A stretch of 62,353 nt of DNA, filler included, from Asterionella formosa (lineage: Eukaryota), in the NCBI GenBank assembly GCA_002256025.1. It is 21 parts of 21 records of this genome, joined end to end, with 100 filler letters (N's around TTAATTAATTAA, not from the genome) between each part and the next. Parts side by side here need not be neighbours in the genome. Positions count along the whole stretch, not along the records: positions 23,872 to 26,755 come from NKIB01014710.1; positions 26,856 to 29,731 come from NKIB01014711.1; positions 29,832 to 32,709 come from NKIB01014712.1; positions 32,810 to 35,685 come from NKIB01014713.1; positions 35,786 to 38,660 come from NKIB01014715.1; 16 more parts are not named here. One strand, written 5' to 3'. How positions within the stretch are numbered: the stretch's first letter is position 1; every line of letters begins with the position of its first letter. The notes under the pieces are model-generated. The model did no database searches. It saw nothing but the letters and a program-made list of their open reading frames with translations, and was not told where the DNA came from. A program made the position numbers and the translations under genes. Shown piece by piece: positions 24,593 through 38,345 of the stretch.

Positions 24593-24854
24593 TATGTTGC
24601 ACAGATTTTTTGTATGTAAACGTATGTACACGATTGATTTGAATTTTAATCATGCCTATCATCGGGATAACTACCGGTATGTATGTAGCACAAATTTTTC
24701 TGCATGTAAACGTACAGACCAGTATGCATACGATTGGCTGATTTGAATTCAAATCATGTCCATCACAGTGACACCTATAAACCGGTATGTTGCACAGATA
24801 TTTGTATGAAAACGTACTACGTATACTTTTGATTTGAATTTGAATCATGCCCAT
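24593..24854. repeat. Degenerate tandem repeat, three units of about 70-105 bp
   Basis: TATGT(T/A)GCACA(G/A)AT...AAACGTA...GATTTGAATT...AATCATG(C/T)C recurs at about 24593, 24682 and 24786. Confidence 0.7.
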
Positions 24855-24912
24855 GATAGGAATAGGGTTAGGGAGTGCCTTTGGTATACAGGTATCTAAA
24901 GGTGATTGAGGG

Positions 24913-25157
24913 TGTTAAATTCTTCTGCAGTCTGACTGCAATGCTAGCTCTTTCTAGACAAGCTCAGTGTATTAAAACCTTCTGTTCTAATCCCACCACC
25001 TTATTGTGAGCTTATTTGATCTATCTTGTAATCGTTCACATGACCAATTATTAAGGTTCTCTTCCCAAATTTGTATATAGATATTCATTGTGTTGTTAGA
25101 CATTCAATTCTCAACTGACAACTCAACTCCACTCACTTAGTAGAACAATCGTGAATA
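24913..25157 (-). mobile_element. Solo/truncated LTR of the same family as 13688-13935
   Basis: Near-identical to 13688-13929 and missing the last about 6 nt. No coding sequence adjacent and no TSD seen. Confidence 0.85.
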
Positions 25158-26210
25158 TTCAATGCTATCTGCATTGCATATATACCTTTCCTTCATTGAA
25201 ATATTGATTACTTAGAACATTCTCCATTCGAATATTTACCTTGGTTTGCTGATATAGTTCTTGGCAATCAATGCTGTTCAAATTCTCACAGCATTTCAAT
25301 ACGGGATTTTGGCTGGAATATTATTCAAGATTGATTAGTTCGACTGAACTAATATGCACGCAGTACTAAATCTTGACATGAGGGTACGCAATATCACGTA
25401 GTCGTATAACAATGTGGCATTGGTATCTGTTGGTGATGAAGGGCCTATACATTTGAAATCATGTTTAGAGGTTCCTTGTTATGCCTAGTACCGGTACCAC
25501 ATGATCCTGAAATGAAAGATAATCTCTGCCCTGCTGTGACAGCAAGGAAAACTGATAGAATGACGCTTTAACGCACACCGTGATGATAAACCTTGTGGCT
25601 TAGAAGCAAGGATTGAAAATGGAAGAGAGAATGGAATCTAGCTATGGTATGTGAAGAGTACATGCCAAGGTGATCAATTGTTGGGTTCACAAAGACAAAA
25701 TGATTGCCTCCTTCCCTAACAATTCAAAAGCACATTTCGCATTCAATGGGATACCACCAATGTCGACCAAAAACTTGTAAATGCTCTTGTTGGATCAATG
25801 AGCCACTGTTAGAACATCACTGACACATGTTTGTTTTTCAATCTTTCAGGATAATTTTAATCAAAGATTTTTATTGTAAGTTATAAATGACATTGGTGTA
25901 ACGGTTTATTGATTTGTACTATTGTGATCATTGACTGAAACATTATTTTGCAGAATTATGCGAAAAGTTCATCGATTTCTGGTAAGTGGAGCATGCTAAA
26001 ATGGGACTGCAGTGTTGAGATATAAACAAGACATGGCTAACAAGCGAGTAATTCCTTCTCATTGTAGTTATGATTAGGAAATCAAAATAGATAAAACAGA
26101 ATCGGATCAAAATGAAATGGGATTTGCAGCATGAAGTCAGATGAGTTTCAGAATCTGAGTGGAAGGGAGGCGGGAGGCATGGATCAAGAGATTTAAAGGC
26201 AGGATGCAAT

Positions 26211-26373
26211 GCATCCTTAAGAGCATTGAAGGGAAATGGGGGAGAGGCAGGCATCCTCAAGAGCATTGAAGGGAAGCGGGAGGGATGTATCCTTAAGAGC
26301 ATTGAAGGGAAGCGGGAGGCATGTGTCCTTAAGAGCATTGAAGGGAGGCAGGAGGCATGCATCAAGAGCATTG
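26211..26373. repeat. Minisatellite, unit about 36 bp, 4-5 copies
   Basis: CCTTAAGAGCATTGAAGGGAAGCGGGAGGCATG-type units start at 26211, 26251, 26287 and 26323. Confidence 0.85.
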
Positions 26374-28929
26374 AGACAAGAATAGAAAAGGGGAACATTG
26401 GCTGTTTAACCACACAAAATGTAGAAACATAAAAATGATTTTGTGATATAACAGTAAAATTACAATCCATTTCAACCTATTTTTAACAGCTATTTCGATT
26501 AGAGTTACCATCATATAAGGGAGGATAGGTATGCATATGATAAAAGAATATACATCATAGGATAATGTTTTGATAATTATATGGTGTTTTGTTTATTATG
26601 AGTAAGCTTAGCCTGTTCACTTTCATACTAGTATGCATTTATCATACATATAACGAAATATGTATCATGCACAGAAAAATTCTGTGCCAGTTATTGTATG
26701 ATACCCCTGATCTTATAAGTACGATATTTTTTATTTGCAGACGATTCAGTCCAAGNNNNNNNNNNNNNNNNNNNNNNNNNNNNNNNNNNNNNNNNNNNNT
26801 TAATTAATTAANNNNNNNNNNNNNNNNNNNNNNNNNNNNNNNNNNNNNNNNNNNNGATTTTCTATTATCATGTCTATTAGAATTCAATTTGTTCCGTTCA
26901 ATCGAAATATGTACAATACAATTGACTAAAATGAATTTTGGTTTTATCTTTGTATGTGTCTGATGCTAGTAGCTAGTTGTGTTTGTCTGACAAGAAGTTA
27001 CTGATGTCTGAAAACTATTATTATGTGTCTGACACAAAACATCCGACAAGAAATCATCTGACAAAAAATCGTTCAACACAAGCTCCTGGCTGGGTGGGGG
27101 CAGGCTGTACGCAACATATGTATGAGGAAAAATCGTTTGTAGTTTGTTCACAGAGGTTGCAGGCAACACTGGTGCCCAGTCATGCATGCACACCATGTAG
27201 ATATGATGATGAGAGATAACGAAACAAGCGATATTATACCATATTGTAATCAACAAAATGCATCATGTCCTCGTCTCAAAACATCAAAAAATCACGGGAT
27301 GCACACAGTCATTCAGACAACACAGTAACTTCAATTAATCATTATATTGTTCTACTTGTAGCAGTAGTCGTAGTGCAGCTACTTTGATGTGTTGAATCTT
27401 TATCAAACATCATTGCGTTGAATTGTGCATTTCTAAAGTAAATGAAAAATTCTCCATCAGCGTCTTTAATTTTCGTTGTTAATACTATTTGTGCAACACC
27501 AATAGTTCTTCTACAAGCAACTGTACTTTCTGTGTCGTGCTAGATATTGTTCTCGATTTTCGCAGACATTTCCGCCATTTTCGTCATGTCAAGGCTGAGA
27601 TGACATGATGCACAAGATGTTCCCCAGCCAGACACCACGATTACTTTTTACACATTGACTAATAGTACATAGAAAAGAATTACTAAATAATTATGTACAA
27701 GGGCCCATGATGATGCATCTGAGCTAGCTACACCACAACGGTACACACATATACTTTTTAAAGTGACAAAGAGCGAGAATCGTCTTGTAAAAAATCGACT
27801 GACAGAAAATCGACTGCCGAGAAATTGCCTGGACCAATTTTGCTGATGTCTGAAACGATTTTTATGTGCCTAAAACAATAATTGTACATTTCTTCTCCTA
27901 AATTCTCATGAATTACTAAACCGTTTTACACTAACATTCTTCTAAATGACTTATTTTGGACTGAAACACGTCCCTAAAATTGATTTGGCGAACATCGATT
28001 TCATGGGTCTGCGCCAAGCATTATTGATTTACTCCAGCTTATTTCTTTTTGAATTCCTGTATCTGCCTGTCAGCCGCTAACATGAATCAGCAAAATTACC
28101 GCAACTTACTGGTACCCTGGTACTATGTAGTGGTGAATACCCGGTATTCAGTTGTAACCTGGACAGTCATATTGGTCATGGCATATTGAGGAGATATTAG
28201 TGACAGGCGCAACTTACATAAACATGGAAGTACAGGTGCACAAATATGGATGTTGAAGGAGGTCACATTCATGCACATGCATAATATCCACTGGAGTATA
28301 TTATTAGCTCATATTAGTAAAATATTTGATACATGGTAGTAAATTGTTTTCTCTGTGTGTTCAGTGGCATGATATGCTTTCATTGTGATTGTGTCCACAC
28401 CAGATGTTTATATTTTGCTTGCTTACTATGCATAATACTCCAGAGGATTATTACAACAGCATACCTCTGGTGTAGTCATTCTGTTGTTAACAAGCGCAGT
28501 ATGGTGGAGATACATGTGACAAATACATATGTAGGTATGTGCTGGAACTTGAATCTATGGATTTATGGTACCAGTAGACAGCCAACTGCCACCCAACAGT
28601 GTATGAAATAAATTTATATAGCACACATTAGTACCGGTAGAGTAGGTAAATGATATACGGTATGCTATATCGTTTTCTCTGTGTCCGGCAGCATACCCGG
28701 TATGTGCTTTCGTCGTGATTGTGTCGACATCAGGTGTTTATATCTTGCTTTTGCTATGCATACACTTACACCAGGTAGTTGAAACACAGAAGAATTCTTG
28801 ATTCCTGATTCCCAGTTAGGTCTCCACTTTGCGTGAAGACAACATTTCCCTACTAGTCGTTGTGTTTGATGGAACAACGCACAATTCAATACCAAGCTTT
28901 ATAACCTTCAGAAATTTGATAAAGAACAA

Positions 28930-29368
28930 TGTTGAAGGGCGAATTCTATCAAGTTTTCCCTATGTTTACCAAACAAACTTGGTAAACCCTAAACTACGAA
29001 TGATTGGAGAGACATATCAGTTCTGTCTAAAGCATTGAAGAACAATCGAATCATCCTATTAAAGGATTGAGGAACAATCCAATCATCATATTGCAGATAC
29101 CTGAAAAGTATCTCAGTAGAGGAACATCTATGTCCTAGATTCTATCTAGGCTAGATGAATATATATGTTACAAGGAAGAGGATGTAATCTACTTCGCTAC
29201 AGCTGTAGGAACTACGAAGAACCTCGGCTCCAAGGAACAAAGAACAAATTCATTTCAGAAACATGTAGGAGTTGCCATGTTTCAATCGAAACTACATTTC
29301 AAAATTACATTTAGTTTAAGCTCACTCTTTTAGAAAACACACAAGTGAAACTACTAAGATTGTCAACA
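28930..29368. mobile_element. Possible solo LTR (about 439 bp)
   Basis: TGTTGA...TCAACA perfect 6-bp terminal inverted repeat, internal duplicated GAACAATC(G/C)AATCATC motif and a TATA-like tract. No TSD. Confidence 0.35.
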
Positions 29369-30489
29369 GAATATTAAAATCGTAAATTGTACTCCGTACT
29401 CATACTACTCACCGAGTTGATTTTTAACTCAGGTGAAGGTATAGAGAACTCAACTACGGCTAGTAAATGCAAAATAATTTGAATAATGCATATCATGTAA
29501 TATAGATATTCCGGAATTTATATCCGTATATACTCTATTTACGTAAAAGTCTGGCTGGTTCGATCACGAAGCAAAATTCTTTGAGTCGATCTTCTTTGCC
29601 TCGGCGTCGCTCGGAAGAACGACCACCATTCTCCCATAATTTCACACTCACTCATTTTTCGTTTCCCGTTATATTCACATTCAAACGCGTTCAGCTTTCA
29701 CAATGTCCAGCGAAGACCAAAAACTACGGGTNNNNNNNNNNNNNNNNNNNNNNNNNNNNNNNNNNNNNNNNNNNNTTAATTAATTAANNNNNNNNNNNNN
29801 NNNNNNNNNNNNNNNNNNNNNNNNNNNNNNNGGGGAATAGGAATGGGCTATAAAACAGATTTTCATTTTATAATCATTTTTATAAAGCATTCTTACTAGT
29901 TGATTTCTAGATTTGCATTCATTGCGCTCCATGGCCCATATAAGGGGCGGTGGAATTTTCGTTGGTAGTCACATCCTCAAGTGGAAGTATTGGTAAAAAA
30001 ATTGTGGTAGCTTTGTTCGTGGTTCCATTTCCTTTAACTGCACTTTCAATGTCAGTCAGAGGATGGGATGGTGAGTGTTTATTGGGTGAGAGATTTCCTT
30101 TTGGCCCCACTCTACCTGGTTGAGTTTTCTGTATTGGTTTGTTTCTCATGAATTCTGATATTTCTCTGATGTCATTGAGAGGTATTTACCGGTATTCCTT
30201 GTTTGTTCTATTATTTAATTCGAAGCGATTTGTGTACGATTTGACTAATAGTATAATTAGAGTCTAAAAAAATTGTAAACTCGATTATTGTACTGGGTAT
30301 ATGTTGCATTCAGTGGATTACCGCATGCCAGTGTCAAAGCCAATTACATATGTATGTACCAGGGTACCGATACAAAATTTAGACAGTATACCATCAGACT
30401 TAGGTAATCTTCTTCTTGTCTGACAGTAAGCCATTGCCAATGATTTTCGAACCATTTTTATTGATCGGAATGAGGCACTTGCGTACCGT

Positions 30490-31398
30490 CTACACTATAG
30501 GTTCTAGTTTCCCGAAAATGTTGTCTGGTGGCTGCTGGTATCCATGTTTTGGGTCAGGAAGCCAGCAGAAATCTAGATTGCGTAAGGCTTCCACCCGCTC
30601 CATGTTCAAGCCAGAAACCATGACGCCCTCAACCTCTTCTTCAATGGTTATACTTAGAACGTATTCTCTGCAGATTCGCTTTTGGTGTCGAACCCAGCGA
30701 CCCAACTGTGTATCTTCCTTCCATTTTTGGGGAACGCGGCAATGACCAAACCTCTCTTTGAATTTCCGTAGGGACTCATAACTTTCCCACCAGATTATCG
30801 AGCTAGGATACCATACAAATCCAGCTTCATCCAACATGTCGATCTGCTGTTTGGTCAAAGCTTTCCCCGCTTTCGTGTCCAGAGTCCCTACATTTGCTTT
30901 CTTGTACTTGTTTCGTAGATTAGAACACCATGACCCGAGCTGCTTGTTTTCAGCCCACCCAATTGGAACGTTACAATGCCCAAAGCGATCCTTAAAATCC
31001 AAGAGTTCCTGGTACTTCTGGTCCCATTTGGAAGTTCGAACTTTCCATACAAATCCGATCGAGTTCAATCGCTCGACTCTCTCCTTTGAAAGGAAAGACA
31101 GGTGTTTCTTTTCTGGAATTTCGAGATATTTATATTGGATCCGTTGGTTTCGAACCCAAATGCCCAAAAGTCGAGTTTCGGGATCGGCACTTGGGTTGCT
31201 GTGCCCATTTATTGCGATGAAATTTTTGATCTGCTCAAAACGGTCATTCCACCGTTCCTCTGTTGCACTTGTCTTGGCAATTGAGGCAGCAAGTTGTTGC
31301 ATGTGCTGTGCCCTTTCTTGACCAATAGAGAAAGCGCAGAACCCATATCCTCTAATAATGAGGCCAGCAAGGACAAACACAACAACTCTCCCCGACAT
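30490..31398 (-). CDS. Helicase-associated (HA) domain protein, three repeats, with N-terminal signal peptide
   Basis: Three W..(F/Y)..L..F...GH..VP...LG.W..QR...L...GF.W units and a hydrophobic N-terminus ending GYGFCAF. Confidence 0.85.
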   Translation of the reverse strand: MSGRVVVFVLAGLIIRGYGFCAFSIGQERAQHMQQLAASIAKTSATEERWNDRFEQIKNFIAINGHSNPSADPETRLLGIWVRNQRIQYKYLEIPEKKHLSFLSKERVERLNSIGFVWKVRTSKWDQKYQELLDFKDRFGHCNVPIGWAENKQLGSWCSNLRNKYKKANVGTLDTKAGKALTKQQIDMLDEAGFVWYPSSIIWWESYESLRKFKERFGHCRVPQKWKEDTQLGRWVRHQKRICREYVLSITIEEEVEGVMVSGLNMERVEALRNLDFCWLPDPKHGYQQPPDNIFGKLEPIV

Positions 31399-33354
31399 CA
31401 GTTGCTCTATACGACCAAAATGTTCTTGTTATGTCTAGAATATGATTCGGTGAGGATCAATACTTATATTTCGTTGCAGAATTGCTCGATTGTAAATAGG
31501 TAATGAGGAGCCATGTTGTGATGTGGCCAAAAATGTTCTGCCTTCTTAGTATACCGGTACCAGGTAGTAAGTTGTAGTAAGTAAGATACATATGGCTCAG
31601 CCATCGTATCATGCTGAAGGTAAGACACGACCGTGGGTTGAGACTGCCCGAGGCTTGGGAGGCGCGAGTAAGATATCGGTTGGTTGACCGAACGAGCGGC
31701 GCCCCTGGCGTTGCGAGAAGGTCTACCTGCTACCGGTAAGATAGGGCCTCCCAAGTCGACTGTTTGATCCCGTTCGTTTGACTAGTTCGACTAACACTTA
31801 GCTCGCCTCTCTCTGAAATTTGTTTGGAAGTATTGATGTCATTTGTAAGGCCGTTGCTAACCGTTGACCCAAACCAAAACTCGAAAACTTATTATTGGAT
31901 TGGTTTTGGTCAACTAACACAAAAACGATGCTTTCGGTTTTTGGGAAATCCTAAATGCTGTTGTTTCAACCACCCATCTACTGTGATGTAGGATGACAAA
32001 ACCATTATAAAAAAAGTAAAATATTTCTATTAGACTACTTTTATAAATGAAATATTATGATTCCTATTTGGGAATTAGTTAGTTTTTCCCGGAATTTGAG
32101 CGATGCTGCTGTCTTGTCATCCAACTGCACACCAGTACTAGTATGTATATATAATATAGAGTCATAAATATATACCACTCCAAGCAAGTACATAGTATTA
32201 CCAGGTACACAACAACAACAAGAACATAACAACATAGGTCGATTGCCACTCAGCATCCTCGATCATGGTGCCAGCACCCCTTCCAGCCAAGAGAGCTCTT
32301 TCTCCCTCTGCATGGCAAAAGGAGATGCAACGAACTGTTGCTGTTGCTGTTCTGGACAAGGTATCAGGAGGGCCAACAATGACAACCAAAAATCGTCAGA
32401 ATAAAGTATATCTACTTCATCATGGCGATCCATCCGTGAAAGGAAGCATTGGATATTTGGAGTCTCTGCTGAGGGGAAGGGGTCAATTCGAAGACCTTTG
32501 GAGTACTAAAGAGGAGCTGAATACCAACCTCCCAGGAAGAAATGCAGATCGCGTTTCTGGCTGCCTTTGATTTGGTCTTAAAAGATTGCTATTCCCGTGA
32601 TTATCAAAACAGATATGTTGTTGGCTCCCAATTCACTACAAGATCTCTTGCAGGCACTGGAATGAAAAATATTTCCACTTTAATTACTGGTCGAACTCTT
32701 TTGAAGATGNNNNNNNNNNNNNNNNNNNNNNNNNNNNNNNNNNNNNNNNNNNNTTAATTAATTAANNNNNNNNNNNNNNNNNNNNNNNNNNNNNNNNNNN
32801 NNNNNNNNNCTTTGGCACGATATTAGTTAGTTCATTAAGGTACATGAGAATTAGATCATTTCTTTACTTGAACATACCGGTATATTAACTGAGATCTATC
32901 CATTTTAAAAGTGACAAAAACGGTCAAAAAAATTTTTATAGGCGACGGTTAGAAAATATTACATCGTTTGCATTTTTTTCGAAGTTGTTGCATCGCTCGT
33001 TTTTAGACTGATGGTTGTGAAGATCTCGATGTGAAAAGATGAAGAGGCTACCGGTAAGCGGAGCTATGGAAAAGATAAAAGAGATGAAAATGATAAATAT
33101 GAAAATTATAAGTACTTATAAAAGCACCAAGTGTTACGCATACAAAGCAAGAGAAAGTATTGTTCTCTTGTGACTTATTTCTGATTTCGTGTGACGTTGA
33201 CAGGACTGACGTGTTCATATTTAAGTATATATATATATATGAAGTTGCCATATATATGGCGAGAATTGCATAGTCCCCCAAGGAGAGAAATGATAAATTA
33301 ACCAGCACCTTGAATATGAAAAGTAAATTAGCGCCATAACATGCGATGGCATAA

Positions 33355-35360
33355 TTAGAGATGTTTGTGAGGAGGAAGCCATTTGGTGAATACATCAGCC
33401 AAATTAGTAGAACCAGGTTCATGGTGAACTCGTAATGTGCCGGAGACCACAGATTCACGTACTTTGTGGTAAGCGATAGAGTTAAGTTTCTTTAGTAGGG
33501 TTGATTCGGGTTTGGTAACATTAATAACACCCAACATACGTAGTTTATAGCGCATTGCATCATTCATTTCAGTTGCGATTTTCAATGCCACAAATTCAGA
33601 GCCAAAAGTGGATGCTTCAATCGTGTTTTGTCGTTTGGAGTACCATTTGATAGGTATACCGTTAAGGAATAAGATAATACCTGTTGTTATGAGGTCAGTG
33701 GCATGAGAAGCATCACAAAACATGTTGAGTTGTACAGGTAAACCTTGTGGTTTAGGAGCGTTGTAGGGAATTTGTTCATGGACGTTGGGGTAAAAAGCCT
33801 TTCAAGATTCGGAAGTCCATGTAAGATGACTCCAATCACGTTCTCGGTAGTCAACAACAATATGGCATTTAATATATTTCTTGATGTAGGCAAAAGTTCG
33901 TAGGATCGCAACCATGTGACCTTTTCGAGGAGCCGCCATGAATTTTGCTAATGTTGCCCCTCCTGTATGTGCTAAATCGATCCTGCCTAACTCAATTGCC
34001 CATCGAATTATTCCATTATAACTCTGATATAGTCTGGTATCTTCGTCATTTAAGAATTCGCTATTGCCCAGTTCAGGATGATAATCAGGGGATGCTGGTG
34101 CATCATGTTTAGACTTGAACATTACCTTCAATGGGCCATATGTTTCTTCAATGATGGATATTGCGTTGGTCAAGTATTCGTTGGCAGAGATGAACCATGT
34201 CTCAGTTCCATCATCTAATTGTTGTCTTCCAATGTTTGCACCAAGATATCGGCTAGGGGACCCAACATCCTTTAGCCGATATTGGAAAGGCGGTTCCGAA
34301 AATGCATTTATGGTTTTCATAGGGTCCTCTGAAATACATAGGTTGTCATCAACATAGACAAGTACGTATTCATAGTAAGCAAGACCTTTGTAGCTTGTTC
34401 CTTCATGGTACCACATATCAGGGTCAGCATAGCTTGAGGTGAAGTTAAGGTCATGCAAAGTTGCTGCAAAGTGTGCTCTCCAAGCTGCACCTGAGCTCTG
34501 AAGCCCATATAGTGCTCTCACCACGATGGCAATCTTTCCTGCGTATATTCGTGAGTCCAGAATGGGATTGTTGTGTTTTCTTCCAATATACAGCCTGTCC
34601 GAGTTTCGTTTTCGTCCCAAAACCCTCGCTATCTCATTTCGATCTCCATGGGGAAGGTAAATCTGTGCATTAATGAATTCGTCTGGGACCGATATGACCT
34701 CTGCATTCTGTATTTTTTCATCATGTGCTTCTTCATCATCCATATCATTTGAGTACAGAGGGTCCATCATAACGTCAAGGGGAGCATTGTGAACAAGAGT
34801 TTCATCAAATGCTGAGTATAGTTCGGTGATAGCGTGGTCAAATGCTCTTCTCATGTCTGTTTCAATAGGGTCAAGGAGCTCGTCTTTGGTTAGTGTTCTA
34901 ATAGTGTATCGGGCAATTACCTTGCCATTCTGCTTAAGGATATATTAGAACATCGCATGTCCTGTGTTTTGTGCCACTCCTAACCAATGCCCCAGATCAT
35001 TTTCTGTGCCGCCGCCTTTCACATCATGGCATTTAACCCATCCATAGAAATCAAAGTTGATGTACTCAGATATGTCAGGGGTCTCTCCTGTCATGGATTC
35101 AAGGGGAGTTCGATTTTCAACCATTGGGCGGGAAATCCTTTCTCTAATTTGAAATGTATATTCCATTCCATAATCCCAGAAGCGCTCAGGACAGCGGGAT
35201 CGGTGCATAATACGACGGAAATGTCGCTTCAATTCTTGAATTTCCCGTTCTGCACGATTTTGTCACAGAGAATGTGGTTCTGTTGTCCTTTGTTGGAATA
35301 AGTATTTTTTCCTGACATGGTCCCATTCACCCCTAGTTTCTTCAACTGCGTTGTCTAAGG
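33355..35360 (-). pseudogene. Degenerate Ty1/copia pol (integrase, RT, RNase H) with an internal deletion
   Basis: DNAVEE..TEPHS*QNRAEREI, RALYGL, YVLVYVDD, FCDASHA, EASTFGSEFVA and NLADVFTK are present, with stops and frameshifts. The sequence jumps from ILDSRIY directly to AGKIAIVVRALYGL. Confidence 0.88.
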
Positions 35361-35785
35361 AGCACAGCAAAACCGAAATCATGGCTTCGCAACTTTTGTT
35401 TTTCTCATCAACTCACTCTGCAATTGTTTCCCTCTTTCTACAAAAGACAATCAATCCCAGCAATGAGAATGAGCAGCCAGCTCTTTTGCTATGAATTGAT
35501 CTACCGGTAGTAGTAGTAACAGGGATTCCTGCAAGTACTATGAGTAGCCAAGCAATCTTGCGATTAGTTACAGCATCCAGCTGCAAGAATGAACATCCAT
35601 TGCTTGTTGTATTGGTCTGAGAATTGCGATCTATAGAAAGTATCAATATAAACTATATAGCGAAGCAATTAATTTGATTGATTTTNNNNNNNNNNNNNNN
35701 NNNNNNNNNNNNNNNNNNNNNNNNNNNNNTTAATTAATTAANNNNNNNNNNNNNNNNNNNNNNNNNNNNNNNNNNNNNNNNNNNN

Positions 35786-35975
35786 TGGTCGTAAGAAATT
35801 CGAAGGCAGCAGAGATAATAGTGAATCGGTCAAGTCCTTGTTTTTCAAGGAGACAAATCGGAGCGAGCCTTCGGTAGGCTGCTGTGATATCTGATTGAGG
35901 TGCAAATCGTGGTAATCCAAGAATGGAAAACGGTTCGAGCTGTCCTTGGTGGAGGTGACAACTGTAGCATGACAT
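35786..35975 (-). CDS. 3'-partial J-domain-like (DnaJ) protein lacking the HPD motif
   Basis: PFSILGLP..A.QSDITAAYRRLA...RFTIISAAFEFL matches J-domain helices I, II and III. Confidence 0.45.
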
Positions 35976-37199
35976 GATAGATCTATCCCTTTTGTACTCG
36001 CGAAGGTAAGGTAATGAAAAAGGAAAGAATATAATCACTCGAGACTAATAACACAGTTTCGATGAAATATGATGCCCTTCTCGTCCTTATGGAACTAGTA
36101 TGTAGTGAAAAGTAAAAGACCATGAGAACAAGGGATATGCATATATGATACTACATGTAGATTTCCTGTGCCAATTGTTTCAGTAGGTGGTACCAGGTAC
36201 CTGGTACACGGGAGAATGGACTGTATGTATAGTCTTGGGAAACTACAGCAGGACGGCGAAAGCAACAATTGCAAGCAAATGATGCCAACGTCAGCATGTG
36301 ACTATGGTTTTCCACGAAGTTGTATGCAACAATGCAAATGCAAATTTGATTTACCTCCGCCCGCACGCCCTATGAAAGTCACTTGACGAAGATACCGGTA
36401 CCGGTACCGGTACCGGTAGTTGTGTTTAGTACTCCAGTACGTGGTACGTACCGCTAGTTTCTACATATCGCCATGACCAGGAAGGTTGAGTTACCAGCGC
36501 ATTGCGCACTTTTAACTAAAAAATTCCCCGTCATTATAAGTCTAACCGGCTCACCAACTCCAAAATGAAGAAAAATTTCAAAATATTTCCATGTATTTAT
36601 GTTACCTGTAACTATTATAAAGTTTCAAACTGAAAAGCAGTGCTGCCACCTTTCATATCAGAATTGCTGACTACCAACTTCAACTTGCTGACTGCGGGCA
36701 AAATTGTGCTGAAAATTTGGAAACATTCGCTGACTGCTGACTTCATTTGCTGACTACTGACATGAAATCACTGACTGCTTACTTCTAGTTGCTGACTTCA
36801 AGCAACCTACTGCTGTGTAGGAAGAAACCAACTATATGCATTGTGGTTAGTACTTTTCATACTTCATGACTTCAAATCTAGCTAATAGAATAAAAGATAT
36901 TATATTTTTTATGGGGCACAGTGCTGGGGAATAGCTCCTCTGTTTCTAATTTTTTCTAGGTCATGCGCATGGCATGTTTAGAGCGGCTGTCTTTGCTGGG
37001 TTCAATACAAATCATCACGAGAACGAGCTTTTTGAGCATCAAAGCGACAAGGAATGGAATGCAGAGAGGGTGTGGGTACCCTGCACAACCTATTAGTTGC
37101 TGAGACTGGGTCGCCTGCTCCTGTATTTCCAAAGAACAGAATTGCCTCTTATTTCCCTTGACAACATTGTCGCAAAGCGATTCTTAAAGCCAATTTCGC

Positions 37200-38345
37200 A
37201 TCCACCTTGTATTGGTTAACCAATCAGATCATCAGTTCCAATTCAAGGTATACCTTGTTTTGAACATGCCCATACAAGTGTACCTTGATTTGGAGACAAT
37301 ACAAGGTAACCCTTCAATGGGACCCAATAAATCATTTGCAAAACCCATTACAATATGAGGTTAATCATTTTTAAGGTTGTTAGCAAACTAATATCAATAA
37401 TACTATATTCTTCTACCAAAGTATATATATATTTTACTATTTTAACAAGAAACGAATACTTTATTGAGTCCTACAGCAATATAGAATTTCTGAAAATGTT
37501 TGAATCATCTGATGGAAAACGCCGAGCCCAAGCATTGCCATCACGGCTATTCACCAATTCGTTACCATTGACACCAGGAGCCATCAGTCAAAGCAAGTTG
37601 GAGCGCTCTGAACGATGTTGACAGAGTGAAGCACTTCTTCCATTACAGAAACAATGATCAAATGAAACAAAAATTATGATTTTATATGATCAATACACTT
37701 GCAGACACATAGGACTTAACCTTGTATTGGAATGGTATGTCACCTTGTATTGGAAAAAAGCAAATGACAAAAATCTTGTATTGGAAAACGTTGCGACGCC
37801 CAATACAAGGTATGGCTGGATTTGGAGGACGAAAACTGGTTGAAAAAGTACCAAAAATTGCCAATACAGGGTACTACCTTTTCCTGTGTATGTTCCGGCA
37901 TATTCCTACAGGGACAAGCTTTCACCAGTTGTCACACTTTCCATATCCTTAGAAAAGCAGTCATTGGTCAAAGTATGGATATAGGACAAATATATATGCA
38001 CACATACATCGTCAGGATATAGGATCTGGCGAGAAAGTGCAGAAAGGAACTTTGGTTTTAAAACTTTGCTGAAAATAGTGGATTTTATGTACCCTCCCAG
38101 AGAATTTCGGCAATCCTAAGGGCCGTTCTTATCATTCTGTTATTTGTTGTCATTGGTGTATCATCGCCGAAATATGATACAAAAATGGCGGTTTGGTTTT
38201 TTTTTGTGTATCACCAACGGTTTTTTTGGTCTGATCACCGGTGTATCATGGGTGTATCACTGATACAGTTTTTGGACCCCTGACCAATGCTGTATCACTG
38301 ATCAAGCCGTTGATCACTGTGTATCACGTCCGTTGCCACTGATAA
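37200..38345. repeat. Clusters of short dispersed motifs (ACCTTGTATTGG/CCAATACAAGG; GTGTATCA), possibly DNA-transposon subterminal repeats
   Basis: Multiple direct and inverted copies at about 37203-37310 and 37719-37870. GTGTATCA/TGATACA cluster at about 38155-38345. Confidence 0.45.

Noticed and set aside
24901..24912. GGTGATTGAGGG as a PPT implying a plus-strand LTR at 24913
   Set aside because: The homologous LTR at 13688-13935 sits directly upstream of a minus-strand gag, and there is no pol sequence before 24913.
26211..26373. 36-bp repeats as a CRISPR array or repeat protein (ILKSIEGKREAC)
   Set aside because: Units are head-to-tail with no unique spacers, there are no cas genes, the context is eukaryotic, the first unit breaks frame and there is no ATG-led ORF.
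32265..32709. Possible gene start (MVPAPLPAKR...) with a frameshift
   Set aside because: No identifiable domain and truncated by the contig end; cannot be supported.
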